DNA of 21,732 bases from the sequence record SRR22947727_495; one strand, 5' to 3'. Shown piece after piece: positions 16,624 to 21,732 of this stretch. The position numbers and the translations under genes are program-made. The notes below the pieces were generated by a model. The model did no database searches. It saw only the letters and a list, made by a program, of their open reading frames with translations, and had not been told where the DNA came from. Each line of letters begins with the position of its first letter. The stretch's first letter is position 1.

Positions 16624-17697
16624 ATGGATGATCTGCGCGAAAAATATTTAACCCTCATTTCAGCGGCGGCCGATGAAGCTGCGCTGGAAGAGCTGCGCGT
16701 TCAAGCCGTTGGGAAGAAGGGCGAGATTAGCCTGCAAATGCGATCATTGGGTAAAATGTCGCCTGAAGAGCGGCAGGTGGCCGGTCCGGCGCTCAATGCT
16801 CTGAAAGATGAGGTTAATTCTGCCCTCACGGCGCGCAAATCTTCCATGGCGGATGCGGCTTTGGAGGAGCGTTTGAAGTCCGAATGGTTGGATGTCACGC
16901 TGCCAGGGCGCCAGAGGCCGGTGGGGACCATCCACCCAATTTCCCAAGTCTGGGAAGAAGTCACCGCAATTTTTGCCGATATGGGATTTTCCGTGGCTGA
17001 AGGGCCGCAGATTGAAACCGATTGGTATAATTTTGACGCACTCAACATGCCCGGGCACCACCCGGCCCGCGCAGAGATGGACACCTTCTATACCCACAGA
17101 GCCGAGGGCGATGACCGCCCGCCGCATGTGCTGCGCACCCATACCAGCCCGGTTCAAATCCGCTCAATGGAAAAAATGGGCGCGCCGATGCGGGTGATCT
17201 GCCCTGGTCGGGTGTATCGGGCAGACTATGATCAGACCCATACGCCAATGTTTCATCAGGTCGAAGGCTTGGCGCTGGACACAGATATTTCCATGGCCAA
17301 TCTGAAGTGGTGCCTCGAAGAATTCGTGAAAGCCTTCTTCGAAGTGGATGATGTGGAGTTGCGGTTCCGCGCCTCGCATTTCCCCTTTACGGAACCTTCC
17401 GCGGAGGTGGATATTCGTTGCTCGTGGGCCGATGGGCAGCTCAAAGTGGGTGAGGGTGATGATTGGCTTGAGATTTTGGGCTCGGGGATGGTGCATCCCA
17501 AAGTATTGGCGGCCGGTGGAATTGATGCGTCGAAATACCAAGGCTTTGCGTTCGGCATGGGCATTGATCGGATCGCGATGCTGAAATACGGCATTCCGGA
17601 TTTGCGCGCCTTCTTTGACAGCGACCTGCGCTGGCTGCGCCATTATGGTTTTGCGGCGCTGGATAAGCCGGGGTTGGTCAGCGGGCTGAGCCGATGA
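16624..17697 (+). CDS. pheS: Phenylalanine--tRNA ligase alpha subunit
   Basis: GGAGG SD before ATG 16624; '[12 protein letters not shown]', 'LRTHTSPVQ', '[10 protein letters not shown]', 'FPFTEPS', '[10 protein letters not shown]'. Confidence 0.99.
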   Translation: MDDLREKYLTLISAAADEAALEELRVQAVGKKGEISLQMRSLGKMSPEERQVAGPALNALKDEVNSALTARKSSMADAALEERLKSEWLDVTLPGRQRPVGTIHPISQVWEEVTAIFADMGFSVAEGPQIETDWYNFDALNMPGHHPARAEMDTFYTHRAEGDDRPPHVLRTHTSPVQIRSMEKMGAPMRVICPGRVYRADYDQTHTPMFHQVEGLALDTDISMANLKWCLEEFVKAFFEVDDVELRFRASHFPFTEPSAEVDIRCSWADGQLKVGEGDDWLEILGSGMVHPKVLAAGGIDASKYQGFAFGMGIDRIAMLKYGIPDLRAFFDSDLRWLRHYGFAALDKPGLVSGLSR

Positions 17698-17730
17698 CGC
17701 CGATCCAGGGGGCGTTGTGGGCGTGACCTC

Positions 17731-18456
17731 ATGACCCGAATTTTGATTGTCGATTCTAATGGGCCGGGATTGCCGGCTTTGGGGCCGGGCTTTGCTGCGG
17801 TCTTGCAGAAGCTTTCGGGGAGCATCACCTGCAGCCTTTGCGCGCCCTATTTGGGGCAGGCCCTGCCTGACGAGGTATTTGATGGGGTGGTGTTTACCGG
17901 GTCAGCTGTGGCCTGGTGTGTTGATGCGCCGGAGGGGCAGGCCCTGCGGGATATCTGGAGGCAAGTGACCCGCTGGCAGGTGCCGATTTGGGGCTCTTGC
18001 AACGGCATGCAGCTGGCCGCTTTTATGCTGGGTGGCATATGCGCCGCCTCGCCTCGTGGCGATGAAGAGGGGCTGGCGGAGGCCATCACTTTGACTGACA
18101 TCGGGCGGGAACACCCTATGATGCAGGGCCGAGCAAGTCAGTTTCGCGTGCCTTGCGTGCATCGCGACGAGGTGCAGCGCCTGCCCAATGGGGCGGTTCT
18201 TCTTGCTGGAAACGCCCATTCGCCGGTGCAGACCTTTGCCTATGAAACCGCGGACATCAGCTTTTGGGGCACGCAGTATCATCCCGAATTTTCACGCGCA
18301 GACGTCGCAACTTGGCTGGCGGATCGCGGCAAATCATTGCCTGACAGCGAAGAGCAGGATGGGCAGGGCGATCTAGCTCTTGCAACCCGGACGTTGGAAT
18401 TGCAAAACTGGCTGGCACATGTCACATCGCGCCAGAGAACCACAGGGGCAAAGTAA
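17731..18456 (+). CDS. Class I (type 1) glutamine amidotransferase-like protein
   Basis: 'GVVFTGS', nucleophile elbow 'WGSCNGMQ', 'H.DEV..LP', 'TQYHPE': Cys-His-Glu triad intact. Confidence 0.88.
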   Translation: MTRILIVDSNGPGLPALGPGFAAVLQKLSGSITCSLCAPYLGQALPDEVFDGVVFTGSAVAWCVDAPEGQALRDIWRQVTRWQVPIWGSCNGMQLAAFMLGGICAASPRGDEEGLAEAITLTDIGREHPMMQGRASQFRVPCVHRDEVQRLPNGAVLLAGNAHSPVQTFAYETADISFWGTQYHPEFSRADVATWLADRGKSLPDSEEQDGQGDLALATRTLELQNWLAHVTSRQRTTGAK

Positions 18457-20849
18457 TGAAATTCACACTGTCTTGGTTGAAAGACCATTTAGAGACCCAA
18501 GCGAGCTTGGATGAGATCACCTATGCTTTGACCGACCTTGGTCTAGAAGTCGAAGGGATTGAAAACCCAGCAGCGAAGCTGGCGGCTTTTACGATTGGCA
18601 AGGTGACAAAGGCGGAAAAGCACCCGGATGCGGATAAGCTGCGCGTCTGTCAGGTGGAGACAACGGATGGTGTGACGCAAATAATCTGCGGCGCCCCAAA
18701 TGCGCGCGAAGGCATCACAGTGGTCGTGGCGGCGCCAGGGGTATATGTTCCGGGCATTGACACCACAATTGGTGTTGGCAAGATCCGTGGTATTGAGAGC
18801 TTTGGCATGATGTGCTCCGAACGCGAGATGGAGCTGAGCGACGAGCATGATGGGATCATCGAGCTGGCGCATGGCGAGGTCGGGCAAAGCTATGCCGATT
18901 GGCTGGCGCAGAACGATCCGGCGCGTGTCGATCCGGTGATTGAAATCGCCATCACGCCAAACCGCCCTGATGCCCTAGGCGTGCGCGGCATTGCTCGAGA
19001 CCTGGCGGCGCGTGGATTGGGCAAATTGAAAGATCGCGATGTGACGCCGGTGCCGGCTGAATTTGTCACTGATTTCTCAGTCTCAATTGATGAGGATACG
19101 CTGGACGGCTGTCCAATTTTCTGCGGCCGCGTCATTCGCGGGGTTAAAAATGGCCCAAGCCCAGATTGGTTGCAACAGGCGTTGCGGGCCATCGGTCTGC
19201 GGCCGATCAGCTTTCTGGTGGATGTCACCAATTTCTTCACCATGGATCGCAACCGGCCGTTGCATGTGTTTGATGCCGATAAAATTTCTGGAAATTTACG
19301 GGTGCACCGGGCCGCGGGTGACGAGGAAATTGCGGCGCTGGACGAGAAAACCTATCAGTTTTCCGAAGGTCAAATGGTGATCAGCGATGACGCTGGCGCG
19401 CAAAGCATTGCTGGGATTATGGGCGGGGCTGACACGGGATGCTCCGACGATACGGTTAACGTCTTCGTCGAATCGGCCTATTGGAACCCGGTGCAAATTG
19501 CCTACACGGGCCGTGCGTTGCAGATTAATTCTGATGCACGTTACCGGTTCGAGCGCGGGGTGGATCCCGCCTTCACGCTTGAGGGCTTGGAGCATGCGGT
19601 GCGGATGATCGTGGATCACGCCGGTGGTGAGGCCTCCCAGATGATTCAAGCGGGCGCTGTGCCCAATACCGAACGGGCTTTCAAATTAGATGTGGAGCGG
19701 GTTAAGTCTCTGGTGGGTATGGATATTCCAGAGAGGATGCAGCGCTCAACATTGACTGATCTTGGGTTCCGTCTTGAGGGCGATATGGCGCATGTGCCAA
19801 GCTGGCGCCCAGATGTGATGGGCGAGGCGGATTTGGTGGAAGAGGTCGCACGCATGGCCTCCTTGACCAAACTGGTGGGCAAGCCCTTTGCGCGCGTGGA
19901 TTTGGGTGTGCCAAAGCCGGTGGTGTCCCTGTCCCAAACCCGCGAGCAAACCGCCCGGCGCATGATTGCTGCATTGGGCTATAATGAATGCGTGACCTAT
20001 AGCTTTATTGACCGCAAATCGGCGGAAATGTTCGGCGGTGGCGCAGATGAGACCATGCTGTCTAATCCGATCAGCTCTGAGATGAGCCACATGCGCCCGT
20101 CACTTTTGCCCGGGCTGCTACAAGCGGCAGCGCGCAATCAGGCGCGCGGTATTTACGACATGGCTTTGTTCGAAGTGGGCCCGGTCTGGCATGGCGGCGA
20201 GCCGGAAGATCAAGAAACTTTGGCCTGCGGAATCTTAGTGGGCCACACCGGCCCCAAAGATGTGCATGGCACCCGCCGCGCGGTTGATATCTATGATGCC
20301 AAAGCGGATGTGGAAGCTGTGCTGCAGGCGATTGGCGCCCCATCTAAGGTGCAGTTTCAGCGCGGCCTGTCTGACTGGTGGCATCCCGGCCGATCCGCAC
20401 GCATGGCATTGGGCAAGACCTCTCTGGCCGGCTTTGGGGAAGTTCATCCCAAAATCCTTGCGGCTTTGGATGTGAAGGGTCCGGTCGTGGCCTTTGCGGT
20501 ACATACAAAAAATATCCCGGTTCCAAAGTCCAAATCGGCGACACGCCCGGCCTTGAATATCTCTGATTTGCAAGCGGTGGAGCGTGATTTTGCCTTTGTT
20601 GTGGATCAATCGGTCGAGGCGATCACCTTGGTGAATGCCGCCAAAGGGGCCGATAAGGTGCTGATTGACGATGTTCGTGTCTTTGACGAGTTTTCTGGCG
20701 GCTCTTTGGCGGCAGGATTGAAGTCTCTGGCGGTGACGGTCCGGTTGCAACCCAAAGATGCGACATTGAAAGATGCCGATATTGAGGCGGTTGCAGAAAA
20801 AATTGTTGAGAAAGTGACCAAAGCCACCGGCGGCAGCCTTCGCGGGTGA
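18456..20849 (+). CDS. pheT: Phenylalanine--tRNA ligase beta subunit
   Basis: MKFTLSWL, 'HPDADKL', 'CGAPN', 'ITPNRPD', 'RFERGVD', 'EEVAR', C-terminal 'ERDFAF' anticodon-binding domain. Confidence 0.99.
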   Translation: MKFTLSWLKDHLETQASLDEITYALTDLGLEVEGIENPAAKLAAFTIGKVTKAEKHPDADKLRVCQVETTDGVTQIICGAPNAREGITVVVAAPGVYVPGIDTTIGVGKIRGIESFGMMCSEREMELSDEHDGIIELAHGEVGQSYADWLAQNDPARVDPVIEIAITPNRPDALGVRGIARDLAARGLGKLKDRDVTPVPAEFVTDFSVSIDEDTLDGCPIFCGRVIRGVKNGPSPDWLQQALRAIGLRPISFLVDVTNFFTMDRNRPLHVFDADKISGNLRVHRAAGDEEIAALDEKTYQFSEGQMVISDDAGAQSIAGIMGGADTGCSDDTVNVFVESAYWNPVQIAYTGRALQINSDARYRFERGVDPAFTLEGLEHAVRMIVDHAGGEASQMIQAGAVPNTERAFKLDVERVKSLVGMDIPERMQRSTLTDLGFRLEGDMAHVPSWRPDVMGEADLVEEVARMASLTKLVGKPFARVDLGVPKPVVSLSQTREQTARRMIAALGYNECVTYSFIDRKSAEMFGGGADETMLSNPISSEMSHMRPSLLPGLLQAAARNQARGIYDMALFEVGPVWHGGEPEDQETLACGILVGHTGPKDVHGTRRAVDIYDAKADVEAVLQAIGAPSKVQFQRGLSDWWHPGRSARMALGKTSLAGFGEVHPKILAALDVKGPVVAFAVHTKNIPVPKSKSATRPALNISDLQAVERDFAFVVDQSVEAITLVNAAKGADKVLIDDVRVFDEFSGGSLAAGLKSLAVTVRLQPKDATLKDADIEAVAEKIVEKVTKATGGSLRG

Positions 20850-21036
20850 GCGTTGCCCAAGCCTGGACTTTAGTGTCGGGTTTGGGATCTTGACCACATC
20901 TATTTGACCTTTCCAGTGTCCAGTCCCAAGGCATAGCGCCTTGGGCATTATTGAACTGTTGTGATTATACCCATTTGAGCCTAGGGTGGTAAAAATACCC
21001 TCCTTTTGGCGACAGTTTGAGAGATTTGGCGAAGAT

Positions 21037-21495
21037 ATGAAACTAGACGCTACAGATCGTCGATTATTATCAGTTTTGCAGGTCAAAGGCCGCATTTCGA
21101 ATTCGGATTTGGCCGATCAGGTCAATATGTCCGCTTCCGCCTGTCATAGGCGTGTCGGCCGCCTGGAGGCTGAAGGCTATATCCGCGATTATGTGGCGCT
21201 GGTGGATCCGCGCAAAGTGGACCGCCGCACGACCGTGTTTGTGGAGATTACTTTAAGCGGGCAAACGGAAGATGTTTTGGTGGCCTTCGAAAAGGCAGTG
21301 GCGCTGATTCCCGATGTCTTGGAGTGTCATTTGATGGCCGGCAGCGCGGATTATTTGCTTAAAGTCGTGGCGAAAGACACGGATGATTTCGCCAAAATTC
21401 ATCGTACCTTTCTGGCCAAGTTACCCGGTGTCACGCAAATGCAGTCAAGCTTTGCGCTGCGCACCGTGTTTAAAACCACCGCACTTCCGCTTTAG
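21037..21495 (+). CDS. Lrp/AsnC family transcriptional regulator (AldR-like)
   Basis: 'LDATDRRLL..LQ..GRISN.DLA..V.MS.SAC.RRV.RLE..GYI' HTH; 'ECHLMAG..DYLLKV' RAM domain. Confidence 0.93.
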   Translation: MKLDATDRRLLSVLQVKGRISNSDLADQVNMSASACHRRVGRLEAEGYIRDYVALVDPRKVDRRTTVFVEITLSGQTEDVLVAFEKAVALIPDVLECHLMAGSADYLLKVVAKDTDDFAKIHRTFLAKLPGVTQMQSSFALRTVFKTTALPL

Positions 21496-21500
21496 CCAAC

Positions 21501-21529
21501 AAAAAACCCCCACGTAACGCGGGGGTTTT
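21501..21529 (-). terminator. Rho-independent terminator of rpsU, probably bidirectional with the Lrp gene
   Basis: Minus strand cccccgcg-tta-cgtggggg followed by tttttt; plus strand also has tttt after the stem; lies between convergent genes. Confidence 0.85.
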
Positions 21530-21573
21530 CATGTGTTTCGGAGCGCGTAGCCCAGAGCAATGATTTACATCAT

Positions 21574-21732
21574 TTACCCTTCACGTTCAGCTTTCTTACG
21601 CGCCAGCTTACGGGTGCGACGGATGGACTCGGCCTTCTCGCGCGCATTTTTCTCGGATGGTTTCTCGAAATGTTGCTTGAGCTTCATTTCACGAAACACA
21701 CCTTCGCGTTGTAGCTTTTTCTTCAAAGCCCG
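21574..21732 (-). CDS. rpsU: 30S ribosomal protein S21 (3' part; start outside window)
   Basis: Manual translation [52 protein letters not shown]; not in the ORF track. Confidence 0.97.
   Translation of the reverse strand, partial: RALKKKLQREGVFREMKLKQHFEKPSEKNAREKAESIRRTRKLARKKAEREG

Noticed and set aside
20850-21036. Possible alanine dehydrogenase remnant upstream of the Lrp gene
   Set aside because: Minus-strand translation of the spacer showed nothing like the Ald N-terminus (IGxPKEIK).
416-21095. Long antisense or alternate-frame ORFs (e.g. 416-1222, 5599-6300, 7343-7915, 15063-15512, 20235-21095)
   Set aside because: They shadow well-supported genes, lack recognisable motifs, and are expected from codon bias in GC-rich DNA.
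1-21732. CRISPR arrays, IS elements, integrases, tRNA/rRNA, defence-system genes
   Set aside because: No regularly spaced nucleotide repeats, transposase or integrase motifs, or cloverleaf structures seen; nearly all sequence is accounted for by CDSs.

Overview
A mostly housekeeping chromosomal segment of an alphaproteobacterium, very probably Rhodobacteraceae/Roseobacter group (judged from Mcl1, PheS/PheT, S21 and gene order). Order: partial VOC/glyoxalase, PNPOx-like protein, accA and mcl1 (minus), dgcN-dgcA-dat (D-glutamate/D-amino acid metabolism), a 715-aa BON-repeat/OmpA-C protein plus a small membrane-anchored HhH partner, DUF1244 and N-formylglutamate amidohydrolase (minus), pyk, a small membrane protein, rpmI-rplT, an S8 subtilase with a C-terminal barrel-like domain overlapped by a lipoprotein gene, a lipid A-type acyltransferase, pheS, a class I GATase, pheT, an Lrp/AsnC regulator and the 3' end of rpsU. 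No rRNA, tRNA, CRISPR array or transposase was seen. Best candidates for undescribed biology: (1) the subtilase plus PrcB-like lipoprotein pair, whose partner appears to start at a non-canonical ATT constrained by the gene overlap; (2) an ArfA (Rv0899)-like protein with four tandem ~117-aa B domains and a degenerate peptidoglycan-binding site, with an ArfB-like/HhH neighbour; (3) a structured leader upstream of rpmI-rplT. All family assignments are by eye and from memory of the families; no searches were run.
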